Positions 41,943 to 51,105 of a DNA stretch of 64,000 nucleotides are shown one piece after another. The position numbers and the translations under genes were made by a program. Under the pieces are notes generated by a model. The model did not search any database, had not been told where the DNA came from, and worked only from the letters and a program-made list of their open reading frames with translations. Within the stretch, counting starts at the first letter, position 1. Every line of letters begins with the position of its first letter. The stretch is from Xanthobacteraceae bacterium (GTDB lineage Bacteria; Pseudomonadota; Alphaproteobacteria; Rhizobiales; Xanthobacteraceae): NCBI GenBank assembly GCA_049698215.1, contig JBAVXH010000428.1:613-64612 (forward strand), read 5' to 3'.

Positions 41943-43037
41943 CTACGTGATGCGGATCGACGCCGGGTCGAGCGGGCGAAGGCGAGCGGGGTCGAAGGAT
42001 GTCAGGTCGGTCGTTTCCGCGCCGCCTTCCGCAATGAGTTCGGCCATTGCCTCGCCTGTGGCGGGCGCGTTGAGGATGCCCCAGACGCTATGCCCGGTCG
42101 CAACATAGGCGCCCTCGCTGCCCGGCACCTTTCCGATGAGGGGAAGTCCGTCTTGTGTCACCGGACGAAAGCAGGCTTGCCGCGCGATGATCCGTTCCGG
42201 CCGGAACGCGGGTGATAGGCGCTCGCAGAATGCCTGCAATCTCTCGATCGCCCGAGGGTCGGGCTTCACGTCGGCCGGGTTCACCGGCAGCGGGATCTGG
42301 GCCGAAAAAGCGGCCACGTGCGTGCTGCCGTCGGCGCGCGGGAAGACTTCGATCCCCTGTTCCTCCTCGTAGTCGAGAAAGAGCGCCTCGGCGGGAACGT
42401 CACGGCCGGTATCGTAGACAAGACTCGGGCTTTGCATCCCGAAACCCGCGGGCAGCCGCAGCCATTGCGCGGCGCGCAGGGACCAGGGCCCCATCGCCAC
42501 GACGACGGCGTCTGCCCGAATCGTCTCGCCGTCGACCTCGACCCCTCCGATCGCGTCGCCGCGGCGGATGAAGCCTGTGACCTCGCCGATACGCAGCTTC
42601 GCGCCTTGCTGCTCGGCCGCGCGCATCATCCCAACGGTGAATGCGCGCGGATTGACCATCGCGGTTGTTTCGGTGGTGCTCAGTTGTCCGCCGACGATCA
42701 CGCCGTCGGAGAGCCATCCGAGTTGCGAGGCAGCATGCCGGCGCTCGTCGTCCTCCGGGACAACAAGGCCGCTGTACGCGGACACGCGCTGATAGCTCCA
42801 GCTGCCGATCTCCGCGTACAAACTTGCATGAAGCGCAAAGCTACGGCGCGCGAGCGCATCGAGCGGACTGCCCGCGCACCAGTCGCGTGCCAGAAAGCCT
42901 CCGGCCTTACCGGACGCGGAAGACGCCACCTCGGCACGTTCCACAACGGTCACGTCGATCCCGCGGCGCGCGAGGAAGTAAGCGGTGCATGCCCCGATGA
43001 CGCCGCCACCGCAGATCACGACATGCATCGGCATCAA
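41943..43037 (-). CDS. FAD-dependent oxidoreductase (DAO / glycine-D-amino-acid oxidase family)
   Basis: VVICGGGVIGACTAYFLARRG dinucleotide fold; ~364 aa. The start overlaps the upstream hydrolase stop. Confidence 0.75.
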   Translation of the reverse strand: MMPMHVVICGGGVIGACTAYFLARRGIDVTVVERAEVASSASGKAGGFLARDWCAGSPLDALARRSFALHASLYAEIGSWSYQRVSAYSGLVVPEDDERRHAASQLGWLSDGVIVGGQLSTTETTAMVNPRAFTVGMMRAAEQQGAKLRIGEVTGFIRRGDAIGGVEVDGETIRADAVVVAMGPWSLRAAQWLRLPAGFGMQSPSLVYDTGRDVPAEALFLDYEEEQGIEVFPRADGSTHVAAFSAQIPLPVNPADVKPDPRAIERLQAFCERLSPAFRPERIIARQACFRPVTQDGLPLIGKVPGSEGAYVATGHSVWGILNAPATGEAMAELIAEGGAETTDLTSFDPARLRPLDPASIRIT

Positions 43038-43906
43038 CGACCTTCGTCGCTCAGGCCGAGAAATGCCCGGATGTGCCCGAGAACCTCGTCAGGCTTGTCG
43101 TGATGAAGCCAGTGTCCTGCGCCGGAGATCGTCTCGCTGCGCGCTTGCCGGAAATAGCTCACCAATCCGGCCGTCTCGGAGCTTTTCAGGAAACTCTCCT
43201 CGGCATGCAGCAGCAGCGTCGGGCAGGTGTTGCGCGACCAGAGCGAAACATGATCGTCCGGCAGCAGCCGGTGGGGCGCCATCGAGCGCTGGTATGGGTC
43301 GAATTTCCAGCTGTACGTATCGTCCGTATTTCGTCGCACGCCGAACGTCGCGAGATGCAGGGCCAGGTCCAGCGGCAGGCGCTGGTTGTGCGCGCGCATC
43401 TGCTCCGCCGCCTCGTCGATGGTGCGATAGCGGCGTGGCGCGCGATCTTCCAGCCTGTCGAGTTGGCCGACCCACTTCGCAATTCGTTCGTGTGCCGGCA
43501 GTCTCTTCGCATTCGGCAAGACCGTTACGCCGTCGAGAACCACCAGCGCCGAAACCTGGTCCGGGAACGTGCCCGCGTAGATGAGCCCGACCATCCCGCC
43601 CATCGAGTGCCCGACGATCGCCACCTGGCGCGCCGCTATGTGCCGCACGAGGCGCGACAGATCGTAGACATACTCAGTCAGGGCGTAGCTGCCGCCCTTC
43701 GTCCAGTCGGAATCGCCGTGTCCGCGAAGGTCGGGGGCGAGGACATGAAAATGGGGCCGCAACGATCGGGCGATCCGGTCCCAGCTGCGGCAATGATCGC
43801 GGCCGCCATGAACCAGCAGCAGGGGCGGGGCTTCCTCGTTGCCCCAGTCCGCGTAGTGCAGCCGCAGGTCTTGCGACTTGAAGAAGCGGCTTTCCGGACC
43901 GGACAT
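43034..43906 (-). CDS. Alpha/beta-fold hydrolase
   Basis: LLLVHGGRDH, VGHSMGG nucleophile elbow, C-terminal GAGHWLHHD. Confidence 0.8.
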   Translation of the reverse strand: MSGPESRFFKSQDLRLHYADWGNEEAPPLLLVHGGRDHCRSWDRIARSLRPHFHVLAPDLRGHGDSDWTKGGSYALTEYVYDLSRLVRHIAARQVAIVGHSMGGMVGLIYAGTFPDQVSALVVLDGVTVLPNAKRLPAHERIAKWVGQLDRLEDRAPRRYRTIDEAAEQMRAHNQRLPLDLALHLATFGVRRNTDDTYSWKFDPYQRSMAPHRLLPDDHVSLWSRNTCPTLLLHAEESFLKSSETAGLVSYFRQARSETISGAGHWLHHDKPDEVLGHIRAFLGLSDEGR

Positions 43907-44063
43907 GGCCCCCTCACCTCATGAATGGCCGGTCCGGCCCGCAACGAAGCGTCACGCTGGCGTAGCGTCCTGACGAGGGGCAAGCAAGCGATGGCGCCGT
44001 CGGCATTCAGGTCGCGTTGACAGGCGCGCCGGCGCCTTTTAGCCTTTTCCGAACTACAAAAAT

Positions 44064-44084
44064 GTTTTCCGCAATACGGAAAAC
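44064..44084. promoter_or_regulatory. Perfect 8-5-8 palindrome GTTTTCCG-CAATA-CGGAAAAC in a divergent promoter region (candidate operator, possibly for the adjacent IclR regulator)
   Basis: Read directly. Lies 40 bp upstream of the SBP start codon (44124), in an AT-richer stretch. A half-site-like TTTTCCGAAC sits just upstream (44046-44055). Confidence 0.5.
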
Positions 44085-44123
44085 TCTAAAGCCCGGGTAA
44101 TCCGGCTCATCAGGGAGGACGAG

Positions 44124-45326
44124 ATGAACTGGTCAAGACGTGGCATTGCATTGCTTGGCGCAACCGCCGCCATCTTCATGGTGGCCGAGGCGCAGGCGCA
44201 GAAACCCATCCGCATCGGCTATCCGGTGATCCTGTCGGGGCCGGGTGCGCTGATCGGCGAGCCTTCGATGAAGGGCGCCCAGATGTTCGTCGAGGAGATC
44301 AACGCCAAGGGCGGCGTGCTCGGCCGCAAGATCGAGCTCGTCGTCCGCGACACCAAGGGCAACGCCGACGAGGCGGTGCGCGTCGCGCGCGACCTGATCC
44401 TGCGCGAGAACGTCGATTTCCTGTTTGGCACGCTCACGTCGGCCGAAGGGCCGGCGGTCTCGCCGATCGCGAAAGAGAACAAGATCGTCTTCGTGGTGCC
44501 GGTCGTGAAGACCGACCAGCTCGTCGCAAAGGAAAACCTGCACCCCTACATATTCCGCACCGCCAGCAACACCACGATCGAGGGCCGCACCGGCGCCGAG
44601 ATCATGGCGAAGTGGCCGAACATCAAGCGCGTCGGAACGATGAGCCCCGACTACGCGTTCGGCCAGGACGTGACGCGCGCGTTCGTGACGCATCTGAAGA
44701 AACTCCGGCCCGACATCGAGATCGTCGATCAGCAATGGCCGAAGCTCGGCGAGACCGACTACACGCCGTTCATCAACGCGCAGATGTCGAAGAAGCCGGA
44801 CGCGGTGTTCTCGAGCCTCTGGGGCGGGCACTTCGTGACCTTCGCCAAGCAGGCAAAGCCGCTGAAGTACTTCGAGTCGTTCGGCAACAACTTCCTCGGC
44901 GCGGGCGAAGCAGGCGCGATCGAGACCGCGAGGGCTGCGGGCGACGACTATCCGCTCGGGATCACGGCGAATGCGTATGACGCGTTCAACTGGACCGACG
45001 GTCCGCAAGCGCATAAGGATTACACCGCGCGGCTCAAGGCCTTCATCAAGGAAGACCCGCCGTCTTCGTGGCCGATCACCGGCTACATGGGGATGCAGAT
45101 CCTGACCGCCGCAATCGCCAAGGCCGGCTCGACCGACAGCGACAAGGTCTCGGCGGCGATGATGGACATCAAGGTCGATACCCCGATCGGCACGCAGACG
45201 ATCCGCTCAAAGGATCAACAGGCAAATCGCGCACAGTTCTGGGGAAAGATGACCAAGGATGAAAAACTCGGCTTTGCCGTGATGACCCCGCCGACCTATA
45301 TCGATCCGCTGCCCTTCATGGACTGA
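44124..45326 (+). CDS. Branched-chain amino acid-type (LivJ/K-like, family 4) ABC substrate-binding protein
   Basis: Signal peptide ALLGATAAIFMVAEAQA; KPIRIGYPVILSGPGALIG. Same operon context as the Liv-type permeases. Confidence 0.8.
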   Translation: MNWSRRGIALLGATAAIFMVAEAQAQKPIRIGYPVILSGPGALIGEPSMKGAQMFVEEINAKGGVLGRKIELVVRDTKGNADEAVRVARDLILRENVDFLFGTLTSAEGPAVSPIAKENKIVFVVPVVKTDQLVAKENLHPYIFRTASNTTIEGRTGAEIMAKWPNIKRVGTMSPDYAFGQDVTRAFVTHLKKLRPDIEIVDQQWPKLGETDYTPFINAQMSKKPDAVFSSLWGGHFVTFAKQAKPLKYFESFGNNFLGAGEAGAIETARAAGDDYPLGITANAYDAFNWTDGPQAHKDYTARLKAFIKEDPPSSWPITGYMGMQILTAAIAKAGSTDSDKVSAAMMDIKVDTPIGTQTIRSKDQQANRAQFWGKMTKDEKLGFAVMTPPTYIDPLPFMD

Positions 45327-45335
45327 CGGACGCGA

Positions 45336-46133
45336 ATGCCCGGTGGAAGGCCAAGAGAGAAGACGCAGGCTGATTCAGTCAAGAGCGTCGTCAAGGTGCT
45401 CGACATCCTCGAGCACCTTGGCTCCTCGCAAAGCGCGATCGGCCTCTCCGATCTGTCGCGCGCGACGGGGCTGAGTGTCTCGACCGCTTTCCGCCTGCTG
45501 CAAACCCTGATGGTGCGCGGCTACGTCGAGCAGGAGAAGGCGAACCGCACTTACTTCCTGGGGCCCCGCATCTTTCAGATGGGCAGCGCCTATCTGCGGG
45601 GAAGCGATCTTGCCACCATCGCGCGTCCGCACCTCGAAGCGCTGCGCGATGAGGTCGGCGAGACGGCGTATCTGGTGACCTTCAGCCAGGGGGAGATCGT
45701 GCAGCTCGCCAAGGCAGATGGAAAACAGGCAGTGAGCGCGGCGATCCGCCCGATGGTGCGCGAACCCGCCTACTGCACGGCGACCGGGAAGGTTTTGCTA
45801 TCTGCGCTCGGTCCGGATGAGTTCGACGGCTATCTGCAGACCGTGGAGATGCAATCCTTCACGCCACGGACGCTGACCAGCAAGACCGAGCTGCGGCGCG
45901 AGATCCGCGCCGTGCGCGAGAAAGGCTTCGCGCTGGATCTGGAGGAATTCGTGCCGAACCTGTGCTGCGTCGCGATTCCTCTGCCGGACCACAACGGCGG
46001 CGCACCACTCGCCGCGATCAGCATCGCGATGCCGAAGATGCGCTTCAAGAAGGGCAATGTCGCAGGTTGGTGCGGCCGGATGCGCGAGAAGGCCACGCTC
46101 ATCACGGAGCAGCTCGGTCTGGTCGAGAATTGA
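45336..46133 (+). CDS. IclR-family transcriptional regulator
   Basis: N-terminal wHTH (VKVLDILEHLGSSQSAIGLSDLSRATGLSVSTAFRLLQTL) and C-terminal effector domain (ALDLEEFVPNLCCVAIPL). Confidence 0.85.
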   Translation: MPGGRPREKTQADSVKSVVKVLDILEHLGSSQSAIGLSDLSRATGLSVSTAFRLLQTLMVRGYVEQEKANRTYFLGPRIFQMGSAYLRGSDLATIARPHLEALRDEVGETAYLVTFSQGEIVQLAKADGKQAVSAAIRPMVREPAYCTATGKVLLSALGPDEFDGYLQTVEMQSFTPRTLTSKTELRREIRAVREKGFALDLEEFVPNLCCVAIPLPDHNGGAPLAAISIAMPKMRFKKGNVAGWCGRMREKATLITEQLGLVEN

Positions 46134-46160
46134 ACATGTTCTCGCGTGTACAGGCTCTAT

Positions 46161-46234
46161 CCGCTCATCCCCGCGAAAGCAGGGAGCCAGTTCTTTGCAA
46201 AGCACTGGATGCCCGATTGCACGGGCATGAGCGG
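46161..46234. repeat. 74-bp intergenic inverted-repeat element (second REP-like type)
   Basis: CCGCTCATCCCCG...CGGGCATGAGCGG termini, read directly between iclR and the first permease gene. Only one copy in the window. Confidence 0.5.
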
Positions 46235-46242
46235 AGCATGCT

Positions 46243-47127
46243 GTGAGTCTCTCGTTCCTGCTCGCCCAGAGCGTCAGCGGCCTCACCGCCGCGATGTTCC
46301 TGTTCATCGTGGCGTCCGGCCTGTCGCTGATCTTCGGCGTGCTGCGCGTGCTCAACTTCGCGCACGGCTCGTTCTACATGCTTGGCGCCTACGCGGCCTG
46401 GCAGGTCGCCCAATGGATCGGCACGTTCACGGGCAGCTTCTGGCTCGCGGTCCTCGGCGCGGCGTGTGCGGTGGCCTTGCTTGGCGGCGTCATCGAGCGG
46501 TTGCTGCTGCGCCATCTCTACGGCCGCGACGACCTATACCAGTTGTTGTTCACCTATGCGCTGGTGTTGATCCTCGGCGATGTGGCGCGCGTATTCTGGG
46601 GCACACAGCAGCTCTCAGTGCCGCGCCCATCGGGCTTGAGCGGCGGCTTCGAGGTGTTCGGCACCGTCATTCCGCACTACAACCTGTTCATCATCGTGCT
46701 CGGCCCTGCGCTCGCGATCGCGTGCTGGCTTCTGCTCAGCCGCACCGGAACGGGGCGCATGATCCGCGCAGCGGCTTTCGACCGCGACATGCTGGCCGCG
46801 CTCGGCGCCGATGTCGGCAAGCTCTACACGCTGATGTTCATGGCGGGCTCCTTCCTCGCCGGCCTCGGCGGGGCACTGGTCACGCCGGTGCGCAGCATCG
46901 TCCCCGGCATGGACGTCGACATCATCGTCGAGGCGTTCATTGTCGTCGTGATCGGCGGCCTCGGCTCCTTCTGGGGCACGTTTCTCGGCGCGCTCATCTT
47001 GGGGCAGGTGCTCGCCTTCGGCATCCTGATCCTGCCCGGCTTCTCGATCTTCGCGGTGTTCGCCTTGATGGCGCTGGTGCTGGTGGTGCGGCCCTCCGGT
47101 CTGCTCGGCCGCCCGGTGAAGGGCTAG
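46243..47127 (+). CDS. livH: Branched-chain amino acid ABC transporter permease (LivH-type)
   Basis: LLAQSVSGLTAAMFLFIVASGLSLIFGVLRVLNFAHGSFYMLGAY is the typical LivH N-terminus. GTG start. Confidence 0.85.
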   Translation: MSLSFLLAQSVSGLTAAMFLFIVASGLSLIFGVLRVLNFAHGSFYMLGAYAAWQVAQWIGTFTGSFWLAVLGAACAVALLGGVIERLLLRHLYGRDDLYQLLFTYALVLILGDVARVFWGTQQLSVPRPSGLSGGFEVFGTVIPHYNLFIIVLGPALAIACWLLLSRTGTGRMIRAAAFDRDMLAALGADVGKLYTLMFMAGSFLAGLGGALVTPVRSIVPGMDVDIIVEAFIVVVIGGLGSFWGTFLGALILGQVLAFGILILPGFSIFAVFALMALVLVVRPSGLLGRPVKG

Positions 47128-47131
47128 GGCG

Positions 47132-48106
47132 ATGCAACCGCTCCGCCGCCGCATACCCTGGGCCGCGCTGGTGTTTCTCGTGGCGGCGTGCGTGCCCTGG
47201 CTCGGATCGCGCTTCTACACGTTCCTCGCGACCGATATCGCGATCCTCGCGCTGTTCGCGGTCAGCCTGAACCTGCTGCTCGGCTATACCGGTCTCGTCT
47301 CGTTCGGCCACGCCGCCTATTTCGGAATCGGCGCCTACACCTGCGCGATCCTGATGAAGACGTACGGCGTGCCGTTCGCGCTCGCGCTCATCGCGGGCAC
47401 CGCGAACGCCGCCGCCTGGGCGCTGCTGTTCGGCGCGTTCTGCGTGCGCTCGACCAAGATCTATTTCTCGATGCTGACGCTCGCCTTCGCGCAGATCGTC
47501 TGGGCGGTGTGCTTCAAATGGAATTCCGTCACCGGCGGCGAGCAAGGCTTCAACAACGTCCCCTATCCGAACATGGACTGGATGGACGCGCTGCCGCTGC
47601 TCGGTGGCCTGCGCTCTGGCGACAAGTTCTATCTCGTCGTGCTGGTGCTCACCGGCATCGCGTTCATGCTGATCAAGCGGGTCGTCGGCTCGCCGTTCGG
47701 CCGCGTGCTGACCGCGATCCGCGAGAATCCAGAGCGCGCCGAGTTCGTCGGGATCAATGTGCGGCGCTATCAGCTTGCAGCGTTCGTGATGGCGGGGGCC
47801 TTCGCGGGATTTGCCGGCGCGCTGTTCGGCATCTTCAACCGCGGCGTCTTTCCGGACTTCGCCTACTGGGCGAAGTCGGCCGAAGTCCTCATCATGGTGA
47901 TCCTCGGCGGCATGGGGCACTTCTGGGGCCCCGCGGTCGGCGCCGCCGTGCTGACCGTCCTGAATCAGGAGATCAATGCCTATACGGTGTACTGGCCGTT
48001 CATCCTCGGCACGATCCTGATCGTGCTCCTGTTCGCGTTCCCGGGCGGCATCGTCGGGACGCTGAGCGCCGGCATCGCGCGCGCACGGAGGGGCCGCGAT
48101 GCTTGA
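47132..48106 (+). CDS. livM: Branched-chain amino acid ABC transporter permease (LivM-type)
   Basis: LSLNLLLGYTGLVSFGHAAYFGIGAY motif; multiple TM helices. Confidence 0.85.
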   Translation: MQPLRRRIPWAALVFLVAACVPWLGSRFYTFLATDIAILALFAVSLNLLLGYTGLVSFGHAAYFGIGAYTCAILMKTYGVPFALALIAGTANAAAWALLFGAFCVRSTKIYFSMLTLAFAQIVWAVCFKWNSVTGGEQGFNNVPYPNMDWMDALPLLGGLRSGDKFYLVVLVLTGIAFMLIKRVVGSPFGRVLTAIRENPERAEFVGINVRRYQLAAFVMAGAFAGFAGALFGIFNRGVFPDFAYWAKSAEVLIMVILGGMGHFWGPAVGAAVLTVLNQEINAYTVYWPFILGTILIVLLFAFPGGIVGTLSAGIARARRGRDA

Positions 48107-48836
48107 GGTCTACAAGCTCCGCAAGTCCTTCAGCGGATTCACGGCGGTCGACGGCGTGAGTCTCGCGGTGCCGGCGCGCGGCATCACGGCGGTGATCGGC
48201 CCGAATGGCGCCGGCAAGTCGACACTCTTCAACCTGCTCACCGGCCATCTGCGCGCGGACGAGGGCAGCGTCGCATTCGAGGGCCGCGACATCACGACGG
48301 CCGCGCCGCACGCGATCTGCCGCATGGGCGTCGGCCGCTCGTTCCAGCATACGAACATCTTCCGCAAGCTCACCGTGTTCGAGAATGTGCGGGCTGCGCT
48401 GATCGCGCATGGCGGGCAGGCGCGCAACTTCTGGGGCCGCGCCGAAGGGCTCTACCGCGACGAGACAATGGCGCTGCTTGCCTCGCTCGGCCTCGCCGAA
48501 CAGGCGAACGCGGTCAGCGGCGAGCTGTCCCACGGCGTGCAGAAGCAGCTCGAGCTCGGCATCGCGCTCGCCAGCGACCCGAAGCTTCTGTTGCTCGACG
48601 AGCCGACCGCCGGAATGTCGGCGAGCGAGACGCGCGAGGCGATCCGGCTCCTCGAACGCGTCGTCGCGGAGCGCAAACTCACCCTTCTGTTCACCGAGCA
48701 CGACATGGGTGTCGTGTTTTCGATCGCGCAGAAGATCGCGGTGCTGCATCAGGGCAGGCTCATCGCCGAAGGCACGCCCACGGAAGTCCGCGCGAGCGCC
48801 GAGGTGCGGCGCGTCTATCTCGGGGGGCGACAGTGA
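48099..48836 (+). CDS. livG: ABC transporter ATP-binding protein (LivG-type)
   Basis: GPNGAGKST, LSHGVQKQLELGIAL, LLLDEPTAGM. Confidence 0.9.
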   Translation: MLEVYKLRKSFSGFTAVDGVSLAVPARGITAVIGPNGAGKSTLFNLLTGHLRADEGSVAFEGRDITTAAPHAICRMGVGRSFQHTNIFRKLTVFENVRAALIAHGGQARNFWGRAEGLYRDETMALLASLGLAEQANAVSGELSHGVQKQLELGIALASDPKLLLLDEPTAGMSASETREAIRLLERVVAERKLTLLFTEHDMGVVFSIAQKIAVLHQGRLIAEGTPTEVRASAEVRRVYLGGRQ

Positions 48837-49546
48837 GCCTGCTCGACGTCCACGACATCCACGCCGCCTACGGCTCGTCGCGCGTGCTGTTCGGCATCTC
48901 GCTTGACGTCGCGCGCGGTGAGTGCGTCTGCCTGCTCGGCCGCAACGGCGTCGGCAAGACGACCACCATGCGCGCCATCATGGGACTGACTCCGCCCTCC
49001 TCCGGCAGGATCGTCTTCGACGGGACGGACATCACCGGGGCGGCGCCGCATCGAATCGCGCGGCTCGGCATAGGCTTCGTGCCGGAAGACCGCCGCATCT
49101 TCGCCGAGCTGACGGTCTGGGAGAACCTCGACGTGTCGGCGCGCGCCGCCGGCCGTCCCGGCCGCTGGACCATCGAGGCAGTGTACGGCCTTTTCCCCAA
49201 GCTCAGGGAGCTGGCCAACCGGCAGGGCGGATTCCTCTCAGGCGGCGAGCAGCAGATGCTCACCATCGGCCGCACGCTGATGGGAAATCCCGACCTGCTG
49301 CTGCTCGACGAGCCGTCCGAGGGCCTTGCGCCGCTCGTGGTGGAAAACCTGCTCGAGCAAGTGAGCCGCCTCAAGCGTGAGGGGCTCACCATCCTGCTCG
49401 CCGAACAGGGCGTCGACTTCTCGCTCGCGCTCGCCGATCGCGTCTACGTGCTGGAGAAAGGCGCGGTGCGCTTCGCGGGCGCCGCCGCCGAGCTGCGCGA
49501 CAACCCACGCCTGCGCGATGAACTGCTCGCACTGTCTGCCGCATAA
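48833..49546 (+). CDS. livF: ABC transporter ATP-binding protein (LivF-type)
   Basis: GRNGVGKTT, LSGGEQQMLTIGRTL, LLLDEPSEGL. Confidence 0.9.
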   Translation: MSLLDVHDIHAAYGSSRVLFGISLDVARGECVCLLGRNGVGKTTTMRAIMGLTPPSSGRIVFDGTDITGAAPHRIARLGIGFVPEDRRIFAELTVWENLDVSARAAGRPGRWTIEAVYGLFPKLRELANRQGGFLSGGEQQMLTIGRTLMGNPDLLLLDEPSEGLAPLVVENLLEQVSRLKREGLTILLAEQGVDFSLALADRVYVLEKGAVRFAGAAAELRDNPRLRDELLALSAA

Positions 49547-49560
49547 CAAGGGAGGAAGCC

Positions 49561-49767
49561 ATGCCGTTCGTGAATATCCAGATCCTCAAGGGCCATCCGC
49601 AGAAGCGCAAGGACGAGATCGCGCGCCGCGTGGTCGCGACCGTGAGCGAGCTCGCGCAATTGCCGCCCGAGGCGGTGTGGGTCGTGTTCGACGAGTTGCC
49701 GGCGACGGACTGGTACGTCGGCAACACGCGCGTCGACATCCTGAAGAAGCAGGCGGCAAAGAAATGA
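49561..49767 (+). CDS. 4-oxalocrotonate tautomerase-family enzyme
   Basis: 68 aa; MPFVNIQILKG (catalytic Pro1 after Met removal). Confidence 0.8.
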   Translation: MPFVNIQILKGHPQKRKDEIARRVVATVSELAQLPPEAVWVVFDELPATDWYVGNTRVDILKKQAAKK

Positions 49768-50678
49768 ACGACACCGCCGCCAATCAAGCCAACGTCGAGA
49801 TCCGCGATCGGGCGTTCCGCGCGGTCGTCGGGGAATCCGTCGCGATCGAGCGGATCGCGACCGGCTTCCTGTTCACCGAAGGTCCGCTCTGGCACGCGCG
49901 GGAGAAATATCTCCTGTTCAGCGACATGCCGGGCGACCACATGCGGAAATGGACGGCGCGCGGCGGGACTGCGACGTTCCGCAAGCCCTGCGCGCAGTCG
50001 AACGGCCTCACCTGGGATCGGCAGGGCCGCCTCCTTGTCTGCGAGCACGCGACCAGCAAGGTCACGCGCACCGAGGCCGACGGGAGCAGCACCGTGATTG
50101 CGAGCCATCACGATGGCAAGGAGCTGAACAGCCCCAACGACATCGTGGTGAAGTCGGACGGCGGCATCTATTTCTCGGATCCGACCTACGGCCGCAACGA
50201 GTACTACGGCAATCCGCGTCCGCTGCCGCGCGACTTTCGGGGCGTCTACCGGGCCGAGCCGGAGGGCGGCAAGCTCACGCTGCTGGCGGACGATTTCGGC
50301 CAGCCGAACGGGCTCTGCTTTTCGCGCGACGAGCGGCTGCTCTTCGTCAACGACACCGACCGCCAGCACATTCGCGTCTTCGATGTGCAGCCCGATGGGA
50401 CGCTCGCGAACAGCCGGGTGTGGGCCGAGACGAAGGGCGAAGGTGCGGGCGCGCCGGACGGCATGAAGATCGACAGCGCCGGCAACGTGTACTGCTGCGG
50501 CCCCGGGGGTATCCACGTGTTCTCGCCCGACGCAATCTGCCTCGGTGTGATCCGCATGCCGGAGTACACGGCGAACTTCTGCTTCGGCGACGACGACCTG
50601 CGCAGCCTTTATGTAACCGCCTCGACGTCGCTCTATCGGCTTCGGGTCGAGACTCCGGGTACGTCCCAAGGGCGATAA
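49764..50678 (+). CDS. SMP-30/gluconolactonase/LRE-family hydrolase
   Basis: In-frame part of ORF 49377..50678, from ATG 49764 (ATGA overlap with the tautomerase stop). TEGPLW, SNGLTWD, PNDIVV, PNGLCFS, PDGMKID blade motifs. Confidence 0.8.
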   Translation: MNDTAANQANVEIRDRAFRAVVGESVAIERIATGFLFTEGPLWHAREKYLLFSDMPGDHMRKWTARGGTATFRKPCAQSNGLTWDRQGRLLVCEHATSKVTRTEADGSSTVIASHHDGKELNSPNDIVVKSDGGIYFSDPTYGRNEYYGNPRPLPRDFRGVYRAEPEGGKLTLLADDFGQPNGLCFSRDERLLFVNDTDRQHIRVFDVQPDGTLANSRVWAETKGEGAGAPDGMKIDSAGNVYCCGPGGIHVFSPDAICLGVIRMPEYTANFCFGDDDLRSLYVTASTSLYRLRVETPGTSQGR

Positions 50679-50770
50679 AACGCTCGCCAAGCGTTGCGAA
50701 GCTGAACCTGCGCCGCTACTTGGAGCGTGCTACCTTCTCGTCGCAACAGAGACGACGAAGGGGAACCGGC

Positions 50771-51103
50771 ATGCCTGGCTACTATGACACCCAGCACCTC
50801 GCGGATTTCGGTAAGATCGCTGAGGTGAAACCGGAACTCGGCAACAAGTTCTTCGACTACTACGGCAGTGTGTTCGCCGACGGGGCGCTCTCGGCTCGGG
50901 AGAAAAGCCTGATCGCGCTTGCCGTCGCTCACGCGGTGCAATGTCCGTACTGCATCGACGCCTATACGCAAGACTGCCAGCAAAAGGGAGCCGACATCGA
51001 GCAAATGACCGAGGCGCTGCATGTCGCCGTCGCGATCAGAGGCGGAGCCTCCCTGGTGCATGGTATGCAGATGCGCGGTCACGTCCAGAAGCTGGGGATG
51101 TAA
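50771..51103 (+). CDS. Carboxymuconolactone decarboxylase/AhpD-like protein (the type found next to ArsS-like radical SAM genes)
   Basis: LIALAVAHAVQCPYCIDAY (CxxC of the AhpD/CMD fold); 110 aa; 2-bp gap to the radical SAM gene. Confidence 0.7.
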   Translation: MPGYYDTQHLADFGKIAEVKPELGNKFFDYYGSVFADGALSAREKSLIALAVAHAVQCPYCIDAYTQDCQQKGADIEQMTEALHVAVAIRGGASLVHGMQMRGHVQKLGM

Positions 51104-51105
51104 AA

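Noticed and set aside
44133-45014. 293-aa minus-strand ORF
   Set aside because: It is antisense to the LivJ-like substrate-binding protein gene.
46146-48159. Plus-strand ORFs 46146..47270 (374 aa) and 47188..48159 (323 aa), and minus-strand ORF 46994..47920
   Set aside because: They are off-frame or antisense to the LivH/LivM-type permeases. They are Arg/Pro/Gly-rich, whereas the chosen frames give canonical hydrophobic permease sequences.
49377-49763. 129-aa N-terminal extension of the SMP-30 ORF, and the antisense ORF 49386..50690
   Set aside because: The extension overlaps livF and the tautomerase in another frame. The ATG at 49764 forms an ATGA junction and precedes the conserved lactonase core. 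The 434-aa minus-strand ORF is an antisense shadow.
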